From: an uncultured virus (IMG/VR IMGVR_UViG_3300030330_006222)
Lineage: Duplodnaviria > Heunggongvirae > Uroviricota > Caudoviricetes
Virus record (IMG/VR): IMGVR_UViG_3300030330_006222
Length of the DNA stretch: 64,000 nt
Direction: 5' to 3' (one strand)
Position numbers and translations under genes: made by a program
Notes under the pieces: generated by a model
The model's input: only the letters and a program-made list of their open reading frames with translations
What the model was told of the DNA's origin: nothing
The model's database searches: none
In this document: piece after piece, positions 36,852 through 46,854 of the stretch
How positions within the stretch are numbered: the first letter of the stretch is position 1
Layout: every line of letters begins with the position of its first letter

Positions 36852-39800
36852 TCATCCCAATAAATCTGGTCCGTCACACATTTCTCCGTTTGCGTTATAT
36901 GGGTTCGACTTAAGTCTTCTACGTTGCCACCAAGGTAAAATACCTGCACCTGGGGCAGGGAACAGCCTAGCCTTAAGGTTTCTAAGCTTAATGAGACTTG
37001 GGCTTCTTCCACCTCGTTTCTTGCCTGGGCGATCTTGCGCGGCATAATAAAGCGGTCTGAACATACTCTTAATTCTTGATCTGCAGTTTCTGAGTAGTTC
37101 TCGGTCCCATTCATCCCAATTGAGAGTAAAAGGTGTGAAAGATGGTCTATCTTTTGGATGCTCCCAACCTTCGTTTCCGGTGACAAATGAGCCAGCAGCA
37201 TTTTGTTGTACATTTTCAAACACAATATCATCATCATACCAGAAAGGCAAGCCGTAGGCATCTCTGATCTCCTGAGTCATTGGAACTCTTATTTCTTCCT
37301 TTGACTGATCAATATAAGCTCTTGAGCCTGGTTTTGTTCGAACAGCGTGAGGCGGATTAGCCCCTGCCATATTACTGCCCATCCATTTTGATCTATCTCT
37401 TTGACTTACAATTGGTAGCCCCAGCCCAGCCAAAAGTTTACCAACTATACCGCTAGCAGCGTTATCAGTAACCAATAACCTAGGATTGTTGTCGCCGGTA
37501 CCGGGCGTAACTTCTCCAACACTAGCTAAGAATCCAAAGTCATTATAGATCGCCAATGTTCCTAATACCTTTTTCATTGAGAAGATGTAGCTAGTGAATA
37601 GTTTATATTTTGGATCGTGTTTAAGGTTCTGCACCAAACAATGCAATAGTTTGCTGTTTGGTTGAACTGTTTGGAATTGTGCTGTAGTGTAATCCAATGC
37701 GTCAACTTCAACAGAAGTAATTTCTGTGCCCTGATAGTAAAACACCAGCCCGTGTCTAACACCAATATTGCCTTCGATGCCCACTTCAACACCGTATTTG
37801 TTTTCAATCATTCTAAGTGTGCCTGGATAGATATCCGATAAAAAGCTAGAACCGGGTTGTGCGTGAATGATGCTTTTTGCTTCTTCATCATTATATCTTG
37901 TACCATTAATTGATGTATATTTTTCAATCTTAAATGGACGCTCATCAGTATAACTACCGCCGCTACCATAGTGCGGGAAATCACCTATACCAACATTTTG
38001 TTTTGTTATTACCGGTGCCGCTCCCATAGCAACTGGGCGCCCACCCCGATCGCCAGCGTGAGGTGCGTCAGATTCGACAGTAAGGTTGTCTGAGTTTTCT
38101 ATTACGGTTTCAACAGTGGTTACCTTGACGATGTCACCAACCGGCACAATAACATCGTGAGGATCTGGTCCATGTACAGCGCCAGCCATATAGACTTCGT
38201 CTCCCTCCTCATCAATGTGTATGTGGTAGTAACCAATATATTCCTCTGAATAACTGGCGCCATCATTTTCGTTTTTGTCAATAGCTACTCTAAATTGATT
38301 ACCAGGGGTATAATAGGGTCCTGGGAACGTTGCTCCAGTTCCTTGCGGATCAGGGTTTGCCCTAGAGGGCACACCAACTGGTTCCTCAACTATTTTATCG
38401 CTACGATACTTGATATTGCTATCAACACATTTATTTTCGAACAACCAGTAATCTAAGTCATAAATTTTAGCTTGAAAACCAGATTTTTCCATGGCGCCAA
38501 CAAATTTTTCGCCCATTTTTGTAAGTTCGTGATTAATAAGTTCTTGTAAGAAAATCTTAGCTTCATCTTCAACTTCTTGAATTCCTTCAAAGTTTTTTCT
38601 TTCTCTAAAACTACCCAAGCTTTCAAAAAACCCAGCATCGCCGGTAAACCTCTGTTCCCATAAACCAGGGACAGTCTGGGTGCGTTTATTGCCTTTCTCG
38701 TCTCGATACTTTCTAGTGTCTTTTGTGCGATACGTAAATCTATAGTGAGTTTGTAAATTGTTAATTGCTTGAGAGGAACTTTGGATGTATCCGCCCTTAA
38801 CAGGTGTCTCAATCGCACCAGCATTAACTAAGAAATCATAACACTCTACCGATTGCTCTAAGAAGGCATACCAGAACTCGTCATCCTTGAACGGACTAAA
38901 GAACTCCCAAAATGCAGGTTGAGCATTTTTAAAGTCATCTTCCATTCTCTCGGCAAGATACGCAGAATAAATTGTGCTATAGTTATCTGGGAATTTTGGT
39001 TGCACTGTTGAGAATGTGCCGATTGCTTTCATAATGTGGGTACTGGCGTAAATTCTAATTGCTGCCAGGATCAAAGTGTACATTTGAATTTTTGCGTATC
39101 TGGGTAAAATTCTATCAAACGGAACTTGGCGTTCACATTCGGTATCGCTATAAAGTCTTGTGTCTTCTTCTAAACTAGGATAGTATTGTTGTAACATTTC
39201 CTTAATTTCATCAAAGTCTATGAGGTTTTTACCATGGGGCTTGCAGGCAGTATCTCCAGGGAAAAGAGCTTGAGTTATTCCCCACCATCCCATATAGTTG
39301 TTTGGTTTAACAAAAAGCGGAGGGTTATTAAACGTGCCCCCATAAACAGTGGGGTCTAATACAATAACTCTAGCGTTTTCACCGTTTACATACTGGTCAT
39401 AGGTCATGCCCAATTGCATTTCTTCATCATCAAAACCAAGAATTTCTCCTATGAAAGTTGTACGAGAAATAGCGTCGTAAGGAACAAATTCACCATCAGG
39501 ACCAAGCACTCCATACTCAAACATCCCAGGAGTAACTAAGTCGTGTACTGCGCCCGTTCTCCAGCCATATTCGTTCTCACCAATCATTTTACAAAAATCT
39601 TTATAAAATCCTTCCATTGTTGAATCATACGACTCTTTCATTGCTGAGTTTGGTGACGTACCAAGCAAATCAGCTAAAGCATATATTTGTGGCGCATAAG
39701 GTTTTAAGCCTCGTCTGGTGGATAGGTAGTGTGGAAATTTATTAATGTCTAGTGCTTTTTCTTTGTTTTCATCTACATCTTTGTCCATCGCAAATGCATC

Positions 39801-42800
39801 GAGTCCGTCATCTACAGCTAAAAACTCAAACTTTCTAAATCTTTTAACGTCATCAGAAAATAGATATTTTAGCATTGCTAAAAGCTTACTCATTAATGTT
39901 GAGAAGGGCAACATTATTAAAGCCATTAGATTTTCTATAGCAAACCCAACAAGTGGGATATTTTCAATCCAGTTTGGTAAGTCAAACGGAGGAAGCTTCA
40001 TATCTTCTGCTGTGAGCTGTTTTGCTATCGGGCTAGCAAATCTTCTATCTGCTCCATAATTTACTTTTTCAATTATCGATACTCTAATGTTATCATCTGG
40101 TCGGTTTCTTATCGCTTTTGTATCTGGATGTTCTTCAATATCCGAATAAAAGCATTGGACCTCGAAACCATAGGACCAAGTATTACCTGCCCAGGGGAAT
40201 GTTTTTACACTCCAGTTACTACCAAAATCCATACCCTGATAGGTTCCCATAGAGTTGTCTCTGAAGTCTAGTGCAATATCAGCCCCGCTTTTGTCGAAAG
40301 CTGACTTCGGCTTACCTTTGCCACCTGGGTAATTTGGATCTCCTTTTCGTGGTAATCTAATAATTTCTATTTCATCATCATCGGAGAGAATGTCCGGACC
40401 ATTTTCAATAACTTTTCCAACAATGGTGTTATATCCAAAATCAGGTAAAGCAATGGTACTTGTACCTTGGTTGCCAAGTATATTAGTGGAGTATTCCATT
40501 TCAGTGACATCTACTCTATAAACTGTTCTTTTTACTGGTTTATTACCTGATCTAAAAATTAGATTGTCTGATAGATGTTGTCCGCCGGCTTCAATAAGGT
40601 TATATCCTGGCTCTAGAAATCCAGTAACGCCGCCGGCATTCAAGAATTGTCTCTTCATCCATTCTCCAACGAAGTATGGCAATTGACCTTCTTGTTCGTC
40701 AAACGCGGCGTTGCCTTGTAAGAATGAGAAAAATCCTCTGCTTGTTTCTCCACCGTTAGCAACGTTAGTAGCAAAGTCAACATACCCCTTTCTATTAGAC
40801 GATTTTCTATGGTGATTGGTCAACGGGTTTCCTCGTGTATCACAAAGAATCATGTTTAAGAACCCAAAGTTGCTATCTCCCATACCAAAGAAAGTAAAAC
40901 CTGTACCCATCATATCATCCAGATATTCGTTTTCAAGTCCATCAAGCGCCGCGCCCATAAATCCTATGGCGGCATCTACCGTTTGTGGTGCTTCGTAGGG
41001 TAACAATCCATCATCACACCCAGGAGTCGATAGCGTATTCGGAATTTTGTTAGCAACATAGTTTCCAATGCCTGTGTTTAATATTTCTGTTAACGTTTCC
41101 AAATCATCTAAATTATCATCTCTTAAATCACAGTACAGCTGATCGATTTGTGATTTGGAGGCGCGACCTCCTAAAATTTCATGTCTTAACTCTTGGAACC
41201 TTTGAAGTTGTTCTGGGGTAGAACAGACTGATGGGTTGGCTGGCATCCCATCATCAACACCTAAATTATTAAGAGAGTAATTCTTAAGCACCTCTCTGTA
41301 CTCTAGCGGCAAGAAGTTACCAATACCTTTAGTAAACCTAGCAATAGATTTTTTATTTGGCATTGCGTCTCTAAAGTCAGTATAAACAAACTCTATAAGT
41401 TGGTCTGCTGCTTCAAGAAACTGTTCCGATGGATTACCTAATAAGGCATCCGAAAACTCTTGTCTTGTTACACTGAGAGAAAGGTCATTTGCGAATGAAA
41501 TAGTTTTATCCCTATCAGTAAAGGCTGCGGGACCTAAGCCTATGATAGACATCATATCAACAACCGTGTTTTCGAGTGTCTCTTGATCCGCATCTTCACC
41601 ACAAATATTATCACGCAGAATATCCATTAATGTCGTGTTACCTGCTAACATATCAGGCAAGCCAAGCACAATGTCGCCGGCGGTTTCTAAAGCCTTACAA
41701 ACTGCTCTGACTAAAATTTCACATACCTTAGCTATAATTTGATTTACAACAATGACGATAATCATACCAGCTAAAAATCTTGCTACAACCCAAAGCGGAT
41801 AAAGAATATCTTTGAAAGCCATTTTAAATTCTAAAGCCTGATTCAACACAGGTATGGTAACTTCTCTGGGAGTTCTGCAGAATGCAAGACCAAGCGATTT
41901 GATGAAATCGTCTATCCCTGGGTTGAAAAGTGGTGGTTTCGGGCATGACAGAGCAGTCATAGAAAGAATGTCTCTTACCAGTGGTGCACCAGGAAAATTG
42001 TTTAATTCATCAAGAATTACAATCAAGTTATCTTCAAAGACTTCCAACAAAGCAACAACATATGCTTGCATAATTAAATCTATACCAGCTGCGTTATTAG
42101 CGGTACCTACACGATCTAAGCTTGATAAGATAGTACGATCAGAACCAGCCAATTCACTCATAGTCTCACCGTAAGTTGGAGGTAGCACCGACTCATAGTT
42201 GTTCATATTGGAAGGATTAGTTTTCACTCTCTCAGCTGAAATAACCTCTGGATCTGCCCATGGTCTAAGCATGTTTGGTGTTGTAGGTCCGCCTTTGCCT
42301 TGCTTCGCCAACTCCTTCTCAACAAGTTCGTCCATTTCGGCTTGCTTTTCAGGGGGCAAACCAACAAACAATTGACCAAATTGTTCAATTCCCATAGCCT
42401 CAAGTGCTTTCTTAATAATAATTGGCAGAGCATCGTCGAAACTTAAACCTCCCATCAAACACCCAAGAGAATCAAAGATAAGGTCAAGTAATCCACAAAG
42501 TTTTAGACTTTGGAGACCTTCCTCAAACAATGGCTGCATCTGACCCATGGGGCCAGCAGGGAAGTTGCCTACGTTGCTATTGGGTACCAGACCCCCTGAA
42601 ACAGTAGAAGCTAAACCGCCGGCTCCATTAGCAATGGGCGCAAAAGCATTTGTACATATTCTTAGCACAACATCATCATCGGCGGAAAGTTTAGCCCAGC
42701 GCTGGTTTTTGGCCAGAATAGCAGCGACTTCTCTACCAAACGGGGAATCTGGATTTTGTGGGGCTACTCTATTTAATTCTTCATCGTCTTCCAAGATTTC

Positions 42801-44090
42801 TTTCAATTTATCGCGACAAAGTGTATCGTTATAAAGATAAGCAACAAGATCACCAAGACCAAAAAGCTCGTCTAATACATCTGTTCCAATTTCATTAATG
42901 GAATCTCTCAAATTGTTATAAAGACATGAACCTAAAGTTTCTTCAGTCGGGAATTTGGTAATCTTAATTTGTGGGAACGTATACGTTTCTAAAAAATCGC
43001 GCCATGGTAGTTCGACTCTGGAATTTAGTTGTCGGGCCATTTCACTTAATCTCATGAAATAGTTTACTAATGTTTCATTGTTCCAATCATATCTTTTGCT
43101 TTTACCGTCTCCGACTAAAACCTTTAAAGATTTTTTAGCTGTGTAAACCGCGGGTTTATCGCCGCATCCCTCTGTCCAAGCTCTAACCACTCTAAGTCTT
43201 TTATCTTTAAAGCTGAACTGCAGTTTAGTTACTTTTTCTTTAAAAAGCCCACTAAAAATTTCAGCAATACCTCCACTAGGTAAAGCCATACCTTTACTGT
43301 TTAAAAAGCCTTTAAGTTGGTCAATCATATCAGATAACTGACCTCTAGAGAAGATAGCTGGATCTCCTATGCCTTGTAAATCAAATCGGTGAGTTGCTTT
43401 GCCCTCTGAATTTACAAAATAAGCATCACCCTCTCCAATTCCCGATGATACCTTTAATAATTTTGAATAAAAATGCAAACCTTTTCGAACTCTGATTGAC
43501 TCAAACATCAGGTTTTCCGCATTAAATGATATTTTCTCCCAACCTGGTCCTTCTTCTTCCTCGACTTCTTCTCCTGGCTCAACTGCATCAGCAAGATCAT
43601 ATATAATGTCAAAGGGCACTGAATATAACAGCTTAAGTCTTGAGTTTGGTCGTGCGTCAAGATCAAACTTCTTGAACTGCATTGCTTTTGAAACTATCGC
43701 AATGGTTTGCTCGGTTTTAAGTCTTGCGCCGATCGGACAATAATCAAGCATATTTTCAATTGCTTCTTGCTTAAATTCTTCGAATTTTGCTTCTAATTCG
43801 TCATCTGGCGTACTATCGACAACACCATCGGAAGATTCGGCAGCTAATATTGTTTGAAGATTGGATGTTGAGCTATATGGTGTAACTTTAGTTATTTGAA
43901 AATGACAGATTTTAGTATTAAGAAAAGGGGTAAAAATGTCTTGCTTTTTCCAATCTGGAATAATGGATGTTGGATCCGGCGTACATGGCCCCTTACAGGG
44001 TAGTTCCGGGGTTGTTAAATCATCATCACAGACGTCTATAACTCCGTCTCGATCAATGTCCTGGTATTTTAAAAACTTTGATTCAGCCAT
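36852..44090 (-). CDS. Giant Cys-rich, largely helical virion-cluster protein (2412 aa)
   Basis: Uninterrupted ORF between the gp5-like genes and gp25. N-terminal QDIDRDGVIDVCDD, hydrophobic stretches, and a YIGYYHIH...YMAGAVH motif. Confidence 0.6.
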   Translation of the reverse strand: MAESKFLKYQDIDRDGVIDVCDDDLTTPELPCKGPCTPDPTSIIPDWKKQDIFTPFLNTKICHFQITKVTPYSSTSNLQTILAAESSDGVVDSTPDDELEAKFEEFKQEAIENMLDYCPIGARLKTEQTIAIVSKAMQFKKFDLDARPNSRLKLLYSVPFDIIYDLADAVEPGEEVEEEEGPGWEKISFNAENLMFESIRVRKGLHFYSKLLKVSSGIGEGDAYFVNSEGKATHRFDLQGIGDPAIFSRGQLSDMIDQLKGFLNSKGMALPSGGIAEIFSGLFKEKVTKLQFSFKDKRLRVVRAWTEGCGDKPAVYTAKKSLKVLVGDGKSKRYDWNNETLVNYFMRLSEMARQLNSRVELPWRDFLETYTFPQIKITKFPTEETLGSCLYNNLRDSINEIGTDVLDELFGLGDLVAYLYNDTLCRDKLKEILEDDEELNRVAPQNPDSPFGREVAAILAKNQRWAKLSADDDVVLRICTNAFAPIANGAGGLASTVSGGLVPNSNVGNFPAGPMGQMQPLFEEGLQSLKLCGLLDLIFDSLGCLMGGLSFDDALPIIIKKALEAMGIEQFGQLFVGLPPEKQAEMDELVEKELAKQGKGGPTTPNMLRPWADPEVISAERVKTNPSNMNNYESVLPPTYGETMSELAGSDRTILSSLDRVGTANNAAGIDLIMQAYVVALLEVFEDNLIVILDELNNFPGAPLVRDILSMTALSCPKPPLFNPGIDDFIKSLGLAFCRTPREVTIPVLNQALEFKMAFKDILYPLWVVARFLAGMIIVIVVNQIIAKVCEILVRAVCKALETAGDIVLGLPDMLAGNTTLMDILRDNICGEDADQETLENTVVDMMSIIGLGPAAFTDRDKTISFANDLSLSVTRQEFSDALLGNPSEQFLEAADQLIEFVYTDFRDAMPNKKSIARFTKGIGNFLPLEYREVLKNYSLNNLGVDDGMPANPSVCSTPEQLQRFQELRHEILGGRASKSQIDQLYCDLRDDNLDDLETLTEILNTGIGNYVANKIPNTLSTPGCDDGLLPYEAPQTVDAAIGFMGAALDGLENEYLDDMMGTGFTFFGMGDSNFGFLNMILCDTRGNPLTNHHRKSSNRKGYVDFATNVANGGETSRGFFSFLQGNAAFDEQEGQLPYFVGEWMKRQFLNAGGVTGFLEPGYNLIEAGGQHLSDNLIFRSGNKPVKRTVYRVDVTEMEYSTNILGNQGTSTIALPDFGYNTIVGKVIENGPDILSDDDEIEIIRLPRKGDPNYPGGKGKPKSAFDKSGADIALDFRDNSMGTYQGMDFGSNWSVKTFPWAGNTWSYGFEVQCFYSDIEEHPDTKAIRNRPDDNIRVSIIEKVNYGADRRFASPIAKQLTAEDMKLPPFDLPNWIENIPLVGFAIENLMALIMLPFSTLMSKLLAMLKYLFSDDVKRFRKFEFLAVDDGLDAFAMDKDVDENKEKALDINKFPHYLSTRRGLKPYAPQIYALADLLGTSPNSAMKESYDSTMEGFYKDFCKMIGENEYGWRTGAVHDLVTPGMFEYGVLGPDGEFVPYDAISRTTFIGEILGFDDEEMQLGMTYDQYVNGENARVIVLDPTVYGGTFNNPPLFVKPNNYMGWWGITQALFPGDTACKPHGKNLIDFDEIKEMLQQYYPSLEEDTRLYSDTECERQVPFDRILPRYAKIQMYTLILAAIRIYASTHIMKAIGTFSTVQPKFPDNYSTIYSAYLAERMEDDFKNAQPAFWEFFSPFKDDEFWYAFLEQSVECYDFLVNAGAIETPVKGGYIQSSSQAINNLQTHYRFTYRTKDTRKYRDEKGNKRTQTVPGLWEQRFTGDAGFFESLGSFRERKNFEGIQEVEDEAKIFLQELINHELTKMGEKFVGAMEKSGFQAKIYDLDYWLFENKCVDSNIKYRSDKIVEEPVGVPSRANPDPQGTGATFPGPYYTPGNQFRVAIDKNENDGASYSEEYIGYYHIHIDEEGDEVYMAGAVHGPDPHDVIVPVGDIVKVTTVETVIENSDNLTVESDAPHAGDRGGRPVAMGAAPVITKQNVGIGDFPHYGSGGSYTDERPFKIEKYTSINGTRYNDEEAKSIIHAQPGSSFLSDIYPGTLRMIENKYGVEVGIEGNIGVRHGLVFYYQGTEITSVEVDALDYTTAQFQTVQPNSKLLHCLVQNLKHDPKYKLFTSYIFSMKKVLGTLAIYNDFGFLASVGEVTPGTGDNNPRLLVTDNAASGIVGKLLAGLGLPIVSQRDRSKWMGSNMAGANPPHAVRTKPGSRAYIDQSKEEIRVPMTQEIRDAYGLPFWYDDDIVFENVQQNAAGSFVTGNEGWEHPKDRPSFTPFTLNWDEWDRELLRNCRSRIKSMFRPLYYAAQDRPGKKRGGRSPSLIKLRNLKARLFPAPGAGILPWWQRRRLKSNPYNANGEMCDGPDLLG

Positions 44091-44093
44091 AAT

Positions 44094-45116
44094 TTATGTT
44101 AAATAAACATTCGGACTACGAATGTGTATTGGTCCTCCATACTCTAAAAATTTTCTTTTTTCTCCTAGTGCCCAAGCGCGAGCATCATAACTTGCTTCCA
44201 TCTCAAAAGGAACAGCAATCCCCGCTGCTCTAATTGCATCGCCTTTCGCTATCGGATCGGAAAAAGGCGATGCTATTCTAGCTGCTCGGTCAGTCATGTT
44301 ATTTAATGATGAATTGAAAATTATTGCATTAATTTTATCAACATATTCATAAAGTGAATATAAACACTTTACAAGATTGTGGCCCTTAACTGCCGGTTGC
44401 AGATAAGGTATCATCTGAATTGGTCCGCCGGGTTGAAATATTCCTACCCACTCGAACAATGTGTCTGTATAATTTCCACCAATTAATGAGATAGTGCCGG
44501 CTTGAGGAGAGTCACCGCCTAAACTATTTTTTTCTTTGCCACCACTGAATCCTATGTTTCTACCGGTAACAATTTTAATGTTGTTTCTTGCTATCATTCT
44601 GACATCATCAGCTTTCAACGCAATACCAGAAAGCAAGTGTTTATTAGAGCCAACATGTGAGTCTCTTGGGGATTGATCGAGCCCAAAATGCTTGTCTAGA
44701 TTGGTTTTAGAACTAATATAAATTCTTGCGGCATCGCTAGTCGGCAACGGTCCAACAATAAAGCCGTCTGGTGGTCCTGGTTGTTCCCCTTTAGCTACCT
44801 TTTTGTGGTTTAAGTTAGCACCGCGACCGACGACCATATCAATAGCATCTGAGTTGGTGAAACCACTTGCGCCGGCGCCTTGACCTAGGTGACCAAGTCT
44901 ATCTGAACCCATAACAATGTAAGAACCGTAGTGTTGAATAACTGAATTGTTAGCTGCTTCTCTAAACGTCAAGTTCTTACGCGGTGTTCCACTGTGTAAT
45001 AAACCAGAATCACCTGGAATAGAGTTAAAATTTTCACCTCTATCGATTTTGTCTTGCAATGGCTCGATGCCTGATTTTGGACTAGAGAATGCTGGTATCT
45101 CTTTAATAAATGCCAT
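44094..45116 (-). CDS. Baseplate hub/spike-related protein (gp5 C-terminal-like)
   Basis: Short beta-strand repeats (YIVMGSDR, IDMVVGRG, ARIYISSKT, GIALKADDVRMIARNNIKIVTG, QPAVKG); positioned between the lysin-bearing hub gene and the wedge genes. Confidence 0.5.
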   Translation of the reverse strand: MAFIKEIPAFSSPKSGIEPLQDKIDRGENFNSIPGDSGLLHSGTPRKNLTFREAANNSVIQHYGSYIVMGSDRLGHLGQGAGASGFTNSDAIDMVVGRGANLNHKKVAKGEQPGPPDGFIVGPLPTSDAARIYISSKTNLDKHFGLDQSPRDSHVGSNKHLLSGIALKADDVRMIARNNIKIVTGRNIGFSGGKEKNSLGGDSPQAGTISLIGGNYTDTLFEWVGIFQPGGPIQMIPYLQPAVKGHNLVKCLYSLYEYVDKINAIIFNSSLNNMTDRAARIASPFSDPIAKGDAIRAAGIAVPFEMEASYDARAWALGEKRKFLEYGGPIHIRSPNVYLT

Positions 45117-45193
45117 TATTTTATCCTAATGTAATAAATATACCGTTTTTTTAATTTAATTTAAAGTTTTAAGCCATTAATTAATGTTACAAT

Positions 45194-46540
45194 TTACCTG
45201 AGACCGCCTGTGCCGGAAGTCCTTCTAGCTCTTTCGGCAGCTGTTTCTTCTGTTTCCAGTCGTTCAGATACGTCTGATTCGCCGAGGGTGCCTGATGTTC
45301 CGGCAGCTAAAACTTCAGGAGGTATTTCTTGTTCACTTGTGCCTAGTTCTTGTTCACTTGTACCTAGCATAGCGTCTTGTTCTGTTTGTTCGCTGCTCGT
45401 TTGTCCTGTATTTTCGGTATCGTAATTTGCATTTCTTCCTCGTTGCTGATCAAAAATTTCATCTACGTTAGCGCCCCATTCTTTTGGGTTAAACTCAAAA
45501 TGAATTGGATCATCAAACGTACCACCCCAGGTGAGGAAAAACGGCTCCTGTGTTACTGCCTTTATCAATTGGGTGTCCGTCCATACTGAAAGATCTGACT
45601 TGGAATTTATAACATTCCCAGCAGCATCAATCATATTTATATCAATTGCAAAACCACTAATGTGCCTACTGCATGTACCACAGGCAGCTACGATTTTGCT
45701 TTTACCTGATTTATAGTCTTGGTGTAGTTTTTCTTGTTGTTCTTGGGTTCTAAAACCAGAAGTGATTTGTACTTTTAATCCCAAATCGTTTGCAACAACT
45801 AAAAAAGCTTTTACCCAAATGTCAAAAGGCTGCTTAACTGCCGGGGGTGGTCCACCGCTTACATATGTGCTATGAGGTCGATACCCAGCGAATACTGGAG
45901 TAGTTTTACCGGGGATGTCCTCTTTATCATAGCGTTCTGCTAATTCTCTCAAGGTTGAAGTTATTTCAATAGGAGGAGGCGGTATGTATGACTCGCCATA
46001 TTTAAAATATGTTTTAATAGTTTCACATCTATTAGCTGAGAGTGTCTTTTCTCCCGTTTCGTTTTTGTCAATAAGATCTATAAATTTGGCTGTTTGTAAG
46101 TTATAAAGCCCATCTGGATTTGTCTCCAAACTAATGAGTATGTAAGAGCCAATATTTACTCCAGTTTTTGTTGGGGTCGCAACAGTGGTGTGTGCGGATA
46201 TTAGCGCATTTTGTTCACATTTATCTTGTGCTAAGGTTATATCACAAGGATTTTCTAATAGTGCGTGTGGGTTAACTTCTGAGTGAGTAATCCTGACCTT
46301 AAATTTTTTAAAACTTTGTTCTTGTCTACCCACACCGCCAGAATAGCCCATAGCTTTATATTCACTTAAGCTAATTGTCGTAGGATTACTGATCACTACT
46401 GCGTAAAAAAGTTCTTTCCCAGCGAATTCATCAGGACTAAAAAAGCTCTGAAACATCTGCGTTAACCCGGAGGTTGCATCTTTAGCGATGTCACCAAAAT
46501 TGTAGCTGTCAAGAAGGGAACTTTTTTTGAGTCGTCCCAT
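45194..46540 (-). CDS. Baseplate-associated peptidoglycan hydrolase: gp5-like N-terminal region plus M15 zinc peptidase
   Basis: ITSGFRTQEQQEKL, SRHISGFAIDI (H-x6-D) and WGGTFDDPIHFE are M15 motifs. N-terminal FYAVVI...FKVRI resembles the gp5 OB-fold. Confidence 0.8.
   Translation of the reverse strand: MGRLKKSSLLDSYNFGDIAKDATSGLTQMFQSFFSPDEFAGKELFYAVVISNPTTISLSEYKAMGYSGGVGRQEQSFKKFKVRITHSEVNPHALLENPCDITLAQDKCEQNALISAHTTVATPTKTGVNIGSYILISLETNPDGLYNLQTAKFIDLIDKNETGEKTLSANRCETIKTYFKYGESYIPPPPIEITSTLRELAERYDKEDIPGKTTPVFAGYRPHSTYVSGGPPPAVKQPFDIWVKAFLVVANDLGLKVQITSGFRTQEQQEKLHQDYKSGKSKIVAACGTCSRHISGFAIDINMIDAAGNVINSKSDLSVWTDTQLIKAVTQEPFFLTWGGTFDDPIHFEFNPKEWGANVDEIFDQQRGRNANYDTENTGQTSSEQTEQDAMLGTSEQELGTSEQEIPPEVLAAGTSGTLGESDVSERLETEETAAERARRTSGTGGLR
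45326..45367. repeat. Tandem 21-bp duplication (encodes LGTSEQE twice)
   Basis: ttcttgttcacttgtgcctag followed by ttcttgttcacttgtacctag, one mismatch. Confidence 0.9.
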
Positions 46541-46854
46541 TACGAAGAGTCCTTTTGTAAAATATCATAAATTTCATTTTTATCGCTTTCAGTAAGCTCA
46601 AAACTTTGTTCTTGGTTTTTGGACTTGAGACCAATAATTTTTACAAGCTGCTCATTTGAGCGCTGCATAGTTTCAATGTGCTTAGCCGCAACAGGGCTGA
46701 GACCTCTGTTGTTGTCAGCATCAGAAGCAATCTGGTTAGCTATCTCATTCAAGAACTCTCTAGCTAATTTTCTATCATCTCTGATATTATCAAGCGCCTC
46801 GCCAATCAGGGTGTCAAGGTCTGCATTTTTGCTCATAGGTTTCCACTCTCCCAA
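46540..46854 (-). CDS. Hypothetical helical protein
   Basis: 104 aa (start may be the second Met, MSKNADL); overlaps the sigma gene and is coupled to the hub gene. Confidence 0.55.
   Translation of the reverse strand: MGEWKPMSKNADLDTLIGEALDNIRDDRKLAREFLNEIANQIASDADNNRGLSPVAAKHIETMQRSNEQLVKIIGLKSKNQEQSFELTESDKNEIYDILQKDSS

Noticed and set aside
36818..37261. 147-aa alternative-frame ORF overlapping the end of the 2412-aa gene
   Set aside because: No SD, no motif and atypical composition; likely incidental. No slippery site was identified.
45326..45367. 21-bp tandem repeat as a possible contingency or DGR/CRISPR element
   Set aside because: Only two in-frame copies in a disordered acidic tail; no spacers, and no reverse transcriptase or cas genes in the window.
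7566..46540. Bacterial contractile injection system or tailocin
   Set aside because: It is flanked by phage primase, resolvase, recombination nuclease and late sigma, with no cellular context.
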